Source: Acidobacteriota bacterium (GTDB taxonomy: Bacteria; Acidobacteriota; JAAYUB01). From it: a DNA stretch of 64,000 nt. Positions 9,410 to 19,402 of this stretch are shown here, in pieces. Numbering within the stretch: position 1 is the stretch's first letter; each line of letters opens with the position of its first letter. The notes beneath the pieces are model-generated. The model made no database searches, was not told the DNA's origin, and saw only the letters and a program-made list of their open reading frames with translations. The DNA lies in contig JAFGRT010000018.1 of the NCBI GenBank assembly GCA_016935015.1, forward strand, positions 22,693-86,692. The letters are read 5' to 3'. Made by a program: the position numbers and the translations under genes.

Positions 9410-10093
9410 TCATAATTCCAGGGATTCGCCCGGTTGGAGCACCCGTACCCGGGTGCTGGTCTCTTCCTCCACCTGGCTCGCCCAGGCCCGGGGATCCTGG
9501 CGGATCACATCGAACGTATCGTAATGGATGGGTAGCACCTGCTGTGGCTGAATCAATTTGACCGCCCGGATGGCGTCAGCCGGCCCCATGGTGAAATTAT
9601 CCCCGATAGGCAGCACCGCCAGGTCGATGCCTTCCTCACCGATGAGTTTCATGTCGTAGAAAAGCCCCGTATCGCAGGCATGATAGATCTTTTTGCCCTG
9701 CAGATAGAAAAGCAGTCCGGCGGGACTGCCGCCGTAGCTGCCGTCGGGCAGGGCCGATCCGTGATGGGCGATGGTCAGCTTGATGCGCCCCCACGGGAAA
9801 TTGCAGCCCCCGCCGATGTGCAACGGGTGGGTGTGTTCCACGCCATGTTCCTGCAGCCAGTTGGTGATTTCAAAATTCGAAACGACGGTGGCATTGGTCC
9901 GCCGGGCGATGGCGACCGTGTCACCCACGTGATCGCCGTGCCCGTGAGAGACGAAGATATAGTCACATTCCACCTCATCCGCCGTCACTGGCGCCAGCGG
10001 ATTGCCGCTGAAAAAGGGATCCGTCAACAACCGCGTGCCATCGCTCTCGATCAGCAGACAGGCGTGACTATACCAGGTGATGGTCAGATTCAT
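9410..10093 (-). CDS. Metallo-beta-lactamase-fold metal-dependent hydrolase (UPF0173-like)
   Basis: HGHGDH motif (FVSHGHGDHVGD) and MBL-fold spacing; 227 aa. Confidence 0.75.
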   Translation of the reverse strand: MNLTITWYSHACLLIESDGTRLLTDPFFSGNPLAPVTADEVECDYIFVSHGHGDHVGDTVAIARRTNATVVSNFEITNWLQEHGVEHTHPLHIGGGCNFPWGRIKLTIAHHGSALPDGSYGGSPAGLLFYLQGKKIYHACDTGLFYDMKLIGEEGIDLAVLPIGDNFTMGPADAIRAVKLIQPQQVLPIHYDTFDVIRQDPRAWASQVEEETSTRVRVLQPGESLEL

Positions 10094-10242
10094 CGTTTAC
10101 CTCCTCGAAAATGCATCAGGGACATGGTTGGTGGTTTTATGGTACCATTGCCATGAGATGCAGCAAACCCATATCTTTCATGACAGGTTGGCCGAGGGCC
10201 ACGGCGTTTCCCGTTTGGGTCGCGGCCGGAGCTGAGGTCAGG

Positions 10243-10689
10243 ATGCAGATTGCCCTCTATGTTCTGGCGGGAGTGCTTCTTCTGCTGGTGATCCAGCGGG
10301 TGATCATCGGCGCCTTCCGCCGGCACCTGATGAAGCGGATCCAGGAACGATTCGCCGGCAAGGGGATTCGCCGGTTGTCTTTGGGAGCCAACTTTTTCGG
10401 TCAGCAATCCCGCGGCCGGGGGCAAATCCGCGGCAATGGCGCGCTGGTCCTCACCGAGGATAAACTCTGTTTCCTGCTGGCTGCGCCCCGCCGTGAATAT
10501 GTCATCCCGTTGCAGCAAATTACCGGCGTCTCCCTGCCCAAGAGTCATCTGGGAAAAACCATCCTCCGGCCCTTGCTGCGGGTGGATTTCATCACGGTCC
10601 ACGGCCCCGATGCCATTGCCTGGGCGTTGGCTGATCCGGACAGCTGGGCCCGCGAGATCGAAGCCCGCCGGCCGAAATCCGCTGGCTGA
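10243..10689 (+). CDS. Hypothetical membrane-anchored protein with bPH/GRAM-like C-terminal domain
   Basis: Internal start MQIALYVLAGVLLLLVI (one N-terminal TM) followed by a soluble domain. The upstream part of the track ORF lacks coding character. Confidence 0.4.
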   Translation: MQIALYVLAGVLLLLVIQRVIIGAFRRHLMKRIQERFAGKGIRRLSLGANFFGQQSRGRGQIRGNGALVLTEDKLCFLLAAPRREYVIPLQQITGVSLPKSHLGKTILRPLLRVDFITVHGPDAIAWALADPDSWAREIEARRPKSAG

Positions 10690-10783
10690 AAAAGGGACTC
10701 CCCACCGACGAAGACACCCGCCTGAATGATGCCGATTTTTTTCGGAAGTGCATCACACCGAATCGAACGCCCGCCGGCCCCCA

Positions 10784-11950
10784 TCAATCTCCATCCAGCA
10801 GATTGCCCAGCCCGCCCAGCACCGATCCTTCACCCTTGCGGCTGCCGCCGGCGGATGGTGCATGCGTGTAGATGCGGTCGGCCAGACGGCTGAAGGGTAA
10901 CGACTGCAGGTAAATTTTGCCGGGTCCGGTCAGGGTGGCGAAAAACAGGCCTTCGCCACCGAAAATAGCGGTTTTGACATTACCGACAAACTGAATATCG
11001 TAGGTCACCGTCTGCTCGAGAGCCACCAGACACCCGGTGTCCACCCGTAACGTCTCGCCCGGACCGAGTTCCTTTTTGATGATGGTACCGCAGGCGTGGA
11101 CGAAGGCCTTGCCGTCGCCGTCCAGCCGTTGGAGGATGAAACCCTCGCCGCCGAAGAAGCCGGCCCCGATTTTCTTGTTGAAGGCGATGCCCACAGCGGT
11201 TCCGTAAGCCGCGCACAGGAAAGCGTCCTTCTGACAAATCAGGGTGCCGCCGTGCTCTTTCAGCTCCACCGGAATAATTTTTCCCGGGTACGGCGCGCCG
11301 AAGGCCACTGTCTGTCTGCCCTGGCCCTGATTGGTGAACATGGTGATGAACAGGCTTTCACCGGTGATGACGCGCTTTCCGGCATCCAGCAGCTTGCCCA
11401 TCAGGCCCCGCTGAGCGTTGCTGCCGTCGGAAAATCGGGTTTCCATCTGGATGCCCGACGTCATATACATCATGGCCCCCGCTTCGGCGATGACCGTTTC
11501 GCCTGGGTCCAGGACGATGTCCACGAACTGCATGTCGTCCCCATGCACGTGGTAGTCGATTTCATGGCATTTTTGACCCGGCGGTGCATAGGTCGGCAGG
11601 TGCGCGGCATCGGGTATGCCGGCGGCGGCGCCGGCGGTAGCCGGTTGCGCTGTTGCTTGATCCACCGGTTGTGCTAACGCCTGATCCGCCGGCTGCGCGG
11701 CAGTTTGAGGCGCTGTTTGCGCAGCCGGCTCGGGCGCGGGCTGCGCCGCGGGTGCCGCTGCCGGCGGCTGCAGGTAGGATTGCAATTCGGGCACCTGCCC
11801 CAGTTGGGTCCAGTCCGACATTCCCTGCTTGAAGATGTAGCTCTGAACGTTCAATTGACCATTTCGTATTTGCCGGCCCAGATCCTCAATGGTCATGGGA
11901 CCCTGGGTCTGGCCGTTAACCGCAGTGTACCAAATCTTTTCCATGCTCAT
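10784..11950 (-). CDS. AIM24/TIGR00266-family protein with N-terminal GYF-like (DUF4339) domain and P/A/Q-rich linker
   Basis: The N-terminus is [50 protein letters not shown] (DUF4339 pattern). The C-terminal ~250 aa is AIM24-like ([11 protein letters not shown]..., [28 protein letters not shown]). Confidence 0.7.
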   Translation of the reverse strand: MSMEKIWYTAVNGQTQGPMTIEDLGRQIRNGQLNVQSYIFKQGMSDWTQLGQVPELQSYLQPPAAAPAAQPAPEPAAQTAPQTAAQPADQALAQPVDQATAQPATAGAAAGIPDAAHLPTYAPPGQKCHEIDYHVHGDDMQFVDIVLDPGETVIAEAGAMMYMTSGIQMETRFSDGSNAQRGLMGKLLDAGKRVITGESLFITMFTNQGQGRQTVAFGAPYPGKIIPVELKEHGGTLICQKDAFLCAAYGTAVGIAFNKKIGAGFFGGEGFILQRLDGDGKAFVHACGTIIKKELGPGETLRVDTGCLVALEQTVTYDIQFVGNVKTAIFGGEGLFFATLTGPGKIYLQSLPFSRLADRIYTHAPSAGGSRKGEGSVLGGLGNLLDGD

Positions 11951-11959
11951 ACCCCATCT

Positions 11960-13597
11960 CTACAGATTCGCGTTCCACTTATCCTTTTCTATTGTGGCCA
12001 AAATTTCCTTGGTTTTCAACAGCATGGCCCGGGCCTGAGGAATGACTTCCAACGCCTTGTGGATCTGCTCGTCCCCTTCCGCCCGGATCTTGAAACCAGC
12101 CAGGACACCGAACACCCGCGTATACAGCTCCGACTTGATGCCGCGCTGGATCATGTCAAGGTTGTGGTTGAAATCGGTGTCGGTATAACTGACCTTTATC
12201 TCACTCAAAAACCCTTTGAAATCCTTGATGACTTCCTCCGTGACCTGAAAATGGCGCATGGCTTCCGTGTTTTTGAGGCGCTCTTTGGGCAAGGATTCCA
12301 CCTTGCCCTGCATGGCCTGCGTCGCAAATTTGAAAAACACATCCTTCGAATACATCACCATTTCGAAACGGTTCAGCTTACGCGCCAGCTGAACGATATC
12401 GGGCTGGATCCCCCCGCCGCCATACACCTTGCGCTGGCTGAGGGTATACCTGACATCTACATCGGAGAAATCAACATTTTTCCGGCGCCGGGCGTTGTAG
12501 TAGTCGTAGATGGATCCGGAATAAGGGCGCTGCAAGCAGCGGCCGCTGGGAGCGTAGTACTTGCCCGTGGTCAGGGCCAATCCCGAACCGTCGGCAAGCC
12601 GGTAGACGGATTGAACCAGGCCTTTGCCGAAACTACGCTCGCCAACGATGATGCCCCGATCATTGTCCTGAACAGCGCCGGCCACGATTTCCGAAGCACT
12701 GGCGGAATTGTTGTTGATCAGGATGACCAGCGGCACCTTCAGGTCACCCCTCTGGCGGGCGTTGTATTTCTGTTCGTCTTCGCCGTCCCGGCCCATGGTC
12801 GAGACAATGGGCGCACCCTTGGGCAGAAACTCCTGCGAAATCTTGATGGACTGCGTCAGATAGCCGCCCGGATTGTCCCGCAGATCGATGACTAGGCCCT
12901 CCAGCGAATCGACGTTCAGTTTTTCCAGGGATTTCATCAATTCATCATGAGTCGTCTCGGAAAAGTGTTCGATCTTCACATAGCCGATATTGGGACGGAT
13001 CCGGTACGCATAGTTGATGGTCCATTTGGGAATCTCGTCGCGAATGACATCCAACTCCAGCGGTTCATCCTTCCCCGGCCGCAGCACGGTGATGTGGACC
13101 CTGGTCCCTTTAGGGCCCTTGAGGTTGTCAATAACGTCGTCCACTTCCCAGTCGTCGATGGACTCACCGTTGACCTTGAAGATCACGTCCCCCGCCTGCA
13201 GGTCCACCTTGGCCGCCGGCGTACCGGGATCGGGTGGTTCGACAATGATGATGCGCCCGCTGCCCCGGGTGAGGGGTCGAATCCGGATGCCCAGACCGAA
13301 ATAGTAGCCGCTGTTGTCCTCCTCCATCTGCTTGTATTCCTTGGGACTGAAAAAGGCACTATGCGGATCCAGTTTTTGGAGCATCAGGCGGATGGAACTG
13401 TAGATCAGCTCCGACGTCTCCGGCTTGCGCGCCGCGTTCTGTTCGAGTATGGCCAGAATCTCGGCATAGTTGCGATACAGCGATTCCTTGGTGGAGACCT
13501 GTTTGTCATCGGCATTCGCTATTTCTCCCAGGAAGCCGCCCGCCAGGGAAGCCACCAGGAGAAACAGTAGGGTTACTAAATAAAAATTTTTTCTCAT
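11960..13597 (-). CDS. ctpA: S41-family carboxyl-terminal processing protease (signal peptide, PDZ + peptidase domains)
   Basis: PDZ region (GLGIRI...GDVIFKVNG) and S41 catalytic region (GLVIDLRDNPGG..., SASASEIVAGA). The first ATG at 13597 is preceded by GGAG. A 10-bp gap separates it from the downstream AIM24 gene. Confidence 0.85.
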   Translation of the reverse strand: MRKNFYLVTLLFLLVASLAGGFLGEIANADDKQVSTKESLYRNYAEILAILEQNAARKPETSELIYSSIRLMLQKLDPHSAFFSPKEYKQMEEDNSGYYFGLGIRIRPLTRGSGRIIIVEPPDPGTPAAKVDLQAGDVIFKVNGESIDDWEVDDVIDNLKGPKGTRVHITVLRPGKDEPLELDVIRDEIPKWTINYAYRIRPNIGYVKIEHFSETTHDELMKSLEKLNVDSLEGLVIDLRDNPGGYLTQSIKISQEFLPKGAPIVSTMGRDGEDEQKYNARQRGDLKVPLVILINNNSASASEIVAGAVQDNDRGIIVGERSFGKGLVQSVYRLADGSGLALTTGKYYAPSGRCLQRPYSGSIYDYYNARRRKNVDFSDVDVRYTLSQRKVYGGGGIQPDIVQLARKLNRFEMVMYSKDVFFKFATQAMQGKVESLPKERLKNTEAMRHFQVTEEVIKDFKGFLSEIKVSYTDTDFNHNLDMIQRGIKSELYTRVFGVLAGFKIRAEGDEQIHKALEVIPQARAMLLKTKEILATIEKDKWNANL

Positions 13598-13795
13598 TCC
13601 CACTCCACTGGGACAAATTTACCTGCCATCAAGCCCTTCGATCATCCGCATCAGGCTGTTCCGTACGTCCAGTCCCCCTGCGGCGCCGGCCCGCCGGCAT
13701 CCAACACTATAGCATATCACCCGGTCGGAGTAAACGCCGAGTCGCTTTGCCTTCGGCGGCCGATCAGCCGATGCGACCCGGCTCCGAAGCCAGGT

Positions 13796-15511
13796 CTATG
13801 CGGTCTGGTCGGCAAACACCGGCATGGTGAAGTAGAAGGTGGAGCCGGAGCCCAGCCGGCTGCGAACACCGATCTGGCCGCCCAGTTCCTCCACCATCTT
13901 GCGGCAGATATACAGTCCGAGGCCCGTGCCCTGGATATTTTTGGTCTTCGCATCATGGACACGGTAATATTTCTCAAACAGCTTGTTGAGTTGGTCCGGG
14001 GCGATACCGATCCCCCGGTCCGCAACCTGAATTTCCACGAATTCCCCTTTTTTCCGACCGGTAACGATCACATCGCCACCACGCGGGGAATACTTGATGG
14101 CGTTGGAAATCAGGTTGTCCATGATCTCCATCAACCGGTCGAAATCCGAGTACATGGCCGGCAGATCCCGATCATAGACAAACCGGATCCGATGATGGGG
14201 CATCTGCCGCATGGCGAACGCTTCCTCCAGTTTCTGCATATCCACTTTTTCCCGACAGTAGGCCATTTCACCCGATTCGAGGCGAGTGATCTTGAGGGCA
14301 CCGTCGGCCAACCGGCGCAGGTGTCCGATCTGGGCGAAAATGGAATGGAGGTACTCTTTCTTGGCGTCGTGGTCCAGATCGGGACGAATCAACAGCAACT
14401 CGGAATAGGCGTGAATCACCGTCAGCGGATTCCGGAAATCATGGGAAACGATGCTGATCAGTTCGTTCTTCATCTTGTTTAGATGCTCGAGCTTCTGTTT
14501 GCTTTCATTGATTTCGCGGAAAAGAAGAAAATTTTCCAGGGCGATGTGGATCTGGTCTCGGATGGTCTCCAGGACCTTCCGGATCGGTTCCTCATCGAAG
14601 TAGAAGGGCTGGCGGCTCTCCAGATACAGATATCCCCCCTGGCTGCCGCCATCCTCCAGCGGCAGGGCCGTCCGGCAGCGCGAGTCCCGCAACACGGAAG
14701 GGGCCTTCTCCGGAATCCGGTTGTGGGCCAGCAGTCCTCTGACCACGGCCGGAATCAATTCTTCGTCATCGGCTGTGTTGAAATTAAACAGGATATCGTC
14801 CTGGACCATTACCAGCAGCTGGGCGTAGCTGAGATCCATCTTATCGGCCAGAAAAACCAGCGCGGCCCGGAATCCCTCGGCTTTTTGGAGAGAGGAAGCC
14901 AGGATCCGGCTGAAATCATTGATGATCTGCAGCTGCAGTGTACGCCGCCGGACCTCTTCGTAGACGCGGGATCGTTCAATGGCCGCCGTCACCTGATCGG
15001 CGAATTTTTCGAAAAGCTGGATGTCCTGGATGCTGAAGGCCTCACGCTCCTGATTGTCCTTCAAGGTGCGGCGGGATGTGTTGATCACGCCCAGCAGTTT
15101 TTCCTTCTCCCCCGCTTGGGAAATAAGGGGCACGCACATCAGGGATTTAATGGGCGGCATCCGGGAATCACCACCCGGCTTGAAATCCGGGCTCTCCTCA
15201 GGATTTTCCACCAGCATGGCCCGGCGGGTGGCAGCCACCTTGCCGACGATCCCCTCATCCACCGAAAATACCACGGCCGGCTCTTCGGAAGCCCATGATT
15301 TCCAACCGGCAAAGGTCTTGAATACATTTTCCCGGTCGTCATACATCATGACGGAGACAGCATCGGCATCCAGCAGCCGGGCGGTGCTTTCGGCGATTCG
15401 TTCCAGCAGCGGTTTGACTTCCAGGCAGTAATTGATCTCCCGGTTGATTTCGCACAACACGTTAAACTGACGAGCCAGAACATCCTTGCCGGCGGCGGTT
15501 TTTTTGTTCAC
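13796..15511 (-). CDS. Cytoplasmic sensor histidine kinase: tandem GAF domains + HisKA + HATPase_c (no TM, no adjacent response regulator)
   Basis: H-box ISIVSHDFRNPLT, N-box ISNAIKYS and G-boxes DRGIGI/GTGLGL. The GTG start at 15511 is preceded by AAGGAGAG and lies only 12 nt downstream of the cdd stop. Confidence 0.85.
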   Translation of the reverse strand: MNKKTAAGKDVLARQFNVLCEINREINYCLEVKPLLERIAESTARLLDADAVSVMMYDDRENVFKTFAGWKSWASEEPAVVFSVDEGIVGKVAATRRAMLVENPEESPDFKPGGDSRMPPIKSLMCVPLISQAGEKEKLLGVINTSRRTLKDNQEREAFSIQDIQLFEKFADQVTAAIERSRVYEEVRRRTLQLQIINDFSRILASSLQKAEGFRAALVFLADKMDLSYAQLLVMVQDDILFNFNTADDEELIPAVVRGLLAHNRIPEKAPSVLRDSRCRTALPLEDGGSQGGYLYLESRQPFYFDEEPIRKVLETIRDQIHIALENFLLFREINESKQKLEHLNKMKNELISIVSHDFRNPLTVIHAYSELLLIRPDLDHDAKKEYLHSIFAQIGHLRRLADGALKITRLESGEMAYCREKVDMQKLEEAFAMRQMPHHRIRFVYDRDLPAMYSDFDRLMEIMDNLISNAIKYSPRGGDVIVTGRKKGEFVEIQVADRGIGIAPDQLNKLFEKYYRVHDAKTKNIQGTGLGLYICRKMVEELGGQIGVRSRLGSGSTFYFTMPVFADQTA

Positions 15512-15523
15512 GATTTACTCTCC

Positions 15524-15919
15524 TTACTCCGCCAGAAAATCGCCGTCGAAAGGAAACGGCAGCAGCTCGCGCATGGTGAACGTCCGGCTGTTTCCGGATG
15601 GATTGGCCAGGATGACGGGGATATCGCCGCACAATTCCCAAATAATCTGCCGGCAGGCCCCGCAGGGGGGTGTCGGTTCCGGCGTATCGGCGACGACGCA
15701 CAGCATCCTGAACCGGCGCTCCCCTTCGCTGATGGCCTTGAAAATGGCCACCCGTTCCGCGCAGATGGTCAAGCCGTAGGAGGCATTCTCGATGTTGCAG
15801 CCGGTGTACACTACACCGGAGTCCGCCAACAGCGCGGCGCCTACCCGAAAATTCGAGTAGGGAGCGTATGCGCGTTCCAAGCTCTGCAGCGCCCGGGTCA
15901 GCAGCTTTTTTTCGTTCAC
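15524..15919 (-). CDS. cdd: Cytidine deaminase
   Basis: Zinc-ligand motifs CAERVAI and PCGACRQ. The GTG start overlaps the PNP stop (GTGA). Length ~131 aa. Confidence 0.8.
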   Translation of the reverse strand: MNEKKLLTRALQSLERAYAPYSNFRVGAALLADSGVVYTGCNIENASYGLTICAERVAIFKAISEGERRFRMLCVVADTPEPTPPCGACRQIIWELCGDIPVILANPSGNSRTFTMRELLPFPFDGDFLAE

Positions 15920-16731
15920 GGCAAACACTCCACAATTTCCAGCAGCAGCTGAATAAAATTCTGACTGACCGCTGTCGATATGTCCAGTACTTCCTGATGA
16001 CTGAGCGGCTGTTCCTGCAATCCGGCCGCCTTGTTGGTGATGCAGCTGATGCATAAGACCGGAAGTCCAAGCTGGGCGGCGGCGATGGCCTCCGGGACCG
16101 TGGACATGCCCACCGCATCGGCGCCCCATTGCCGGAACAGGCGGATTTCCGCGGGTGTTTCATAGGACGGACCGCTTACCGCCAGATAGACACCCTCGCG
16201 CAAGGAAACACCCTGACGGTCCGCCGTCGCCCGGGCGATGCGGCGCAATTCTGCCGGATAAACCGCCGAAAGATCAGGGAAGCGAGGGCCAAAACCGGAG
16301 TCCACTCCGAGCAACGGATTAAACCCCATAAAATTGATGTGATCGGTGACCACCATCAGATCACCCGGTTCGAACGCGGGATTGATCCCGCCGGCGGAAT
16401 TGGACAGCACAAGATAACCGATCCCCAGTTCATGCAGCACCCGCACCGGGAACACCAGCTCATTTCCGCTGAAGCCTTCGTAATGATGGATCCGACCCTG
16501 CATGACCGCCACGGCCTGTCCGCCCAGGCGGCCGAGATGCATTACCCCCGCATGCCCGGCCACCGAACTGACGGGAAAATGAGGAATTTCCGCATAGGGG
16601 ATACGGACGGGATTTTCCACGGTTTCCGCCAGGGCACCCAAGCCGGAACCCAGCACGATCCCCACCGCCGGCTCACCGAGTGCCCGCTGTCGGATGAAGT
16701 CCGCGGCCTCTTTGACCTGTTGTGCCTTCAT
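15916..16731 (-). CDS. Purine nucleoside phosphorylase (PNP/MTAP trimeric family)
   Basis: 271 aa. It has the family segments GSGLG, VMQGRIHHYEG, VGMSTVPEAIAA and CISCITNKAAG. Confidence 0.85.
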   Translation of the reverse strand: MKAQQVKEAADFIRQRALGEPAVGIVLGSGLGALAETVENPVRIPYAEIPHFPVSSVAGHAGVMHLGRLGGQAVAVMQGRIHHYEGFSGNELVFPVRVLHELGIGYLVLSNSAGGINPAFEPGDLMVVTDHINFMGFNPLLGVDSGFGPRFPDLSAVYPAELRRIARATADRQGVSLREGVYLAVSGPSYETPAEIRLFRQWGADAVGMSTVPEAIAAAQLGLPVLCISCITNKAAGLQEQPLSHQEVLDISTAVSQNFIQLLLEIVECLP

Positions 16732-16734
16732 GGA

Positions 16735-17961
16735 TCAACCTCCGATGATACCGGCGATGGTGGCCGTCAGGCACGTGGCCAGGCTTCCGCCCAGCAAGGC
16801 ACGCAGGCCCAGTCTCGCCAGTTGGTGTTTCTTGTTGGGGGCCAACGGCCCGATCCCGCCAATCTGGATACCAATGGAACTGAAATTGGCGAAACCGCAC
16901 AGAGCATAGGTGGCGATCATCTCGCTGCGGGTACCCAGCGAGTGTTCGGCCATCAGCCTGGACAGGTCGGCATAGGCCACAAATTCATTGAGGATGACTT
17001 TCTTCCCCAACAGTCCTCCCACCTGAACCGCCTCGGACCAGGGCACGCCCATGACCAGGGCCAGCGGCGCGAGCGCCCATCCCATGAGCTGCTCGAGGGT
17101 CAGGGCTTCGTTCAGCAAGGGTTCTGTCAGTCGTGCCAGTATGCCGTTGGCCATGGCGATCAGGGCGATAAACGCGATGAGCATGGCAGCGACGTTGATG
17201 GCCAGCTGCATCCCCTTGGCGGCGCCACGGGAGGCGGCATCGATGATATTAGCGTCATCGGATTTCACCTCGATGGTGACGCGACCGGCGGTTTTGGGCT
17301 CATCCGTTTCCGGAATCAGGATCTTGGCCATCATAATGGCCGCCGGCGCCGCCATAATGCTGGCTGAAATGAGAAAGGCGGCATTGATGCCGAGCACATC
17401 GATGAACGTCACCAGGATGGCACCGGAGACGGTGGCCATCCCGCCCACCATGAGACACAGCAGCTCCGAGCGGGTCATCTCGGCGATGTAGGGGGCCACC
17501 AGCAGGGGAGCCTCCGTTTGGCCCATGAAGACGTTGGCGGCCACGGCCAGCGATTCGGCGCCGCTGATGGCCAGCAACCGCTTCATGATCCGGGCCAGGA
17601 AATACACGATCCATTGCATCACACCCAGGTAGTAAAGGACGGAAAAAATGCAGGAAATAAAAATGATGGTGGGCAATATCTTGATGGCGAAAATCACACC
17701 ATAGGTCTGCTCATCCATCAGGCTCCCGAACAGGAAGCGCGATCCATCATCGGCGAATTGACCCAGCAAGGTCACTTTTTGGGCAAACCAGCGCAGAGCC
17801 TCGATGCCGGGGCTGAACCGGAGCAGCACAAACGCCAGTAGGAATTGAAGGCCCAGCCCCCACAACAGAGTTCGGGGCCGGATGGCTCGGCGGTCGGTGG
17901 AGAAGAGCCAAGCGATGCCGATGATGACTGCCAGACCGATAAGCCCCGTGAATCGTTCCAC
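16735..17961 (-). CDS. nupC: Concentrative nucleoside transporter (NupC/CNT family)
   Basis: Multi-TM protein with CNT signature regions (GQTEAPLLV..., CGFANFSSIGIQIGG). GTG start at 17961 with GGAG RBS. The upstream part of the track ORF is a non-coding extension. Confidence 0.8.
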   Translation of the reverse strand: MERFTGLIGLAVIIGIAWLFSTDRRAIRPRTLLWGLGLQFLLAFVLLRFSPGIEALRWFAQKVTLLGQFADDGSRFLFGSLMDEQTYGVIFAIKILPTIIFISCIFSVLYYLGVMQWIVYFLARIMKRLLAISGAESLAVAANVFMGQTEAPLLVAPYIAEMTRSELLCLMVGGMATVSGAILVTFIDVLGINAAFLISASIMAAPAAIMMAKILIPETDEPKTAGRVTIEVKSDDANIIDAASRGAAKGMQLAINVAAMLIAFIALIAMANGILARLTEPLLNEALTLEQLMGWALAPLALVMGVPWSEAVQVGGLLGKKVILNEFVAYADLSRLMAEHSLGTRSEMIATYALCGFANFSSIGIQIGGIGPLAPNKKHQLARLGLRALLGGSLATCLTATIAGIIGG

Positions 17962-18010
17962 TTTTTCTCCTTGGGCCCGGACACTGCACACGATGCCCGG
18001 AGCATCAGGC

Positions 18011-19318
18011 CTAGCCGTTGATCCGGTTCCGGAGCAGAGGCGGGGACGGCACCGGCTGGTCGCTGATGCGGAACGCTCCGTCCAGACGCCGCCGGGCCTC
18101 ATCCTTTTTGGCCTCATCGTTGTAGTGGATCTCCGCCAGCACCTGTCCCGCTGCAACCGGGTCCCCCTCTTTGGCCTGCAGGACAATACCCACGGCCGGA
18201 TCAATCGGGTCTTCCTTGCGCAACCGGCCACCGCCCAGCAGCAGGCTGGCCATACCGACGGCCGCGGCGTCGATGACGGTCAGATAGCCAGACTGGTCGG
18301 CCACCAACGACATGGTCCCCCGCGCCCGAGGCAGGCGTTCGGGTTCGTCCACTACCCGAGCGTCTCCGCCCTGAAAGGCAATGCAATTCCGAAAAATCGC
18401 CAGCGCCCGGCCGTTCTCGATTTGCCGGCGAGCCAGCCGGCGGGCTGCCGACAGATCAGGCGCCAGCGCCGCCATGTGGATCATTTCGGCGGCCAGTTCC
18501 ACGGAAAGGGTGGTCAAATCCTCCGGTCCTTCGCCACGCAGCGTCGCGATGGATTCCACCACTTCCAGCGCATTTCCGACATTGTGCCCCAACGGCTGAT
18601 CCATGGCCGTAATAAGGGCCACTACATCCTTGCCCATGGATCGTCCGGTAGCCACCAGGGCGTCGGCGAGTTCCGCCGCTTGCCGGTCCGTGGTCATAAA
18701 CGCTCCGCGACCGACCTTGACATCCAGCACGAGACCGTCGATTCCCTCCGCCAATTTTTTACTCATGATGCTGGCCACGATGAGCGGGATGCTTTCCACC
18801 GTTGCCGTTACATCGCGCAGAGCGTAAAGATTGCGGTCGGCCGGCACCAGCTGGTCGGTCTGCCCGATGAGGCAGAGGCCGATCTTCTCGACCCCGCGCC
18901 GGAACCGATCCACCGGCAGATTCACCTGGAATCCGGGGATGGACTCCAGCTTGTCCAAGGTCCCGCCCGTATGCCCCAAGCCGCGACCGCTGATCATGGG
19001 CACCTTGACGCCGGCCGCCGCTGCGACGGGCGCCAGGATGAGGGAGGTTTTGTCCCCGACGCCGCCGGTGCTGTGCTTGTCGATTTTCCGGCCGGGGATT
19101 CCTGCCAGGTCCAGGACGTCGCCGGAACCGATCATGGCCTGGGTCAGGGCTCCCATCTCCTCTGCACTCATGCCGTTCAGATAAACCGCCATGAGCAGGG
19201 CGCTCATCTGGTAGTCGGGCACATGTCCGTTGGCGTAGGCGTCGATGATAAAATTGATTTCAGAGGGGGAAAGGGCGTGTCCGTCACGCTTTTTTCTGAG
19301 AATTTCGATTGCGGTCAT
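18011..19318 (-). CDS. pdp: Thymidine/pyrimidine-nucleoside phosphorylase
   Basis: N-terminal TAIEILRKKRDGHALSPSEINFII plus TP family glycosyltransferase and C-terminal domains. 435 aa from MTAIEIL. Confidence 0.85.
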   Translation of the reverse strand: MTAIEILRKKRDGHALSPSEINFIIDAYANGHVPDYQMSALLMAVYLNGMSAEEMGALTQAMIGSGDVLDLAGIPGRKIDKHSTGGVGDKTSLILAPVAAAAGVKVPMISGRGLGHTGGTLDKLESIPGFQVNLPVDRFRRGVEKIGLCLIGQTDQLVPADRNLYALRDVTATVESIPLIVASIMSKKLAEGIDGLVLDVKVGRGAFMTTDRQAAELADALVATGRSMGKDVVALITAMDQPLGHNVGNALEVVESIATLRGEGPEDLTTLSVELAAEMIHMAALAPDLSAARRLARRQIENGRALAIFRNCIAFQGGDARVVDEPERLPRARGTMSLVADQSGYLTVIDAAAVGMASLLLGGGRLRKEDPIDPAVGIVLQAKEGDPVAAGQVLAEIHYNDEAKKDEARRRLDGAFRISDQPVPSPPLLRNRING

Positions 19319-19342
19319 GAAGCCGACCCGCCGGTTGTGGTG

Positions 19343-19377
19343 TCGCAGAGACAAAAAAGGCTACCAGAAGAGAGCCG
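19343..19377 (-). terminator. Rho-independent terminator downstream of rpsU (AAAAAA-GGCTACC-loop-GGTAGCC-TTTT; U6 on minus transcript)
   Basis: 7-bp perfect stem at 19349-19355 / 19367-19373, flanked by A6 and T4. It lies between the rpsU stop (19403) and the pdp start (19318). Confidence 0.6.
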
Positions 19378-19402
19378 GTAGCCTTTTGGAAAAATCGGAC
19401 TA

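Noticed and set aside
14483-15298. 271-aa plus-strand ORF
   Set aside because: It is antisense to the GAF histidine kinase gene.
16129-19381. Plus-strand ORFs 16129..17367 (412 aa) and 17882..19381 (499 aa)
   Set aside because: They are antisense to the nupC/PNP/pdp genes, have no homology signal, and are His/Gly/Arg-rich.
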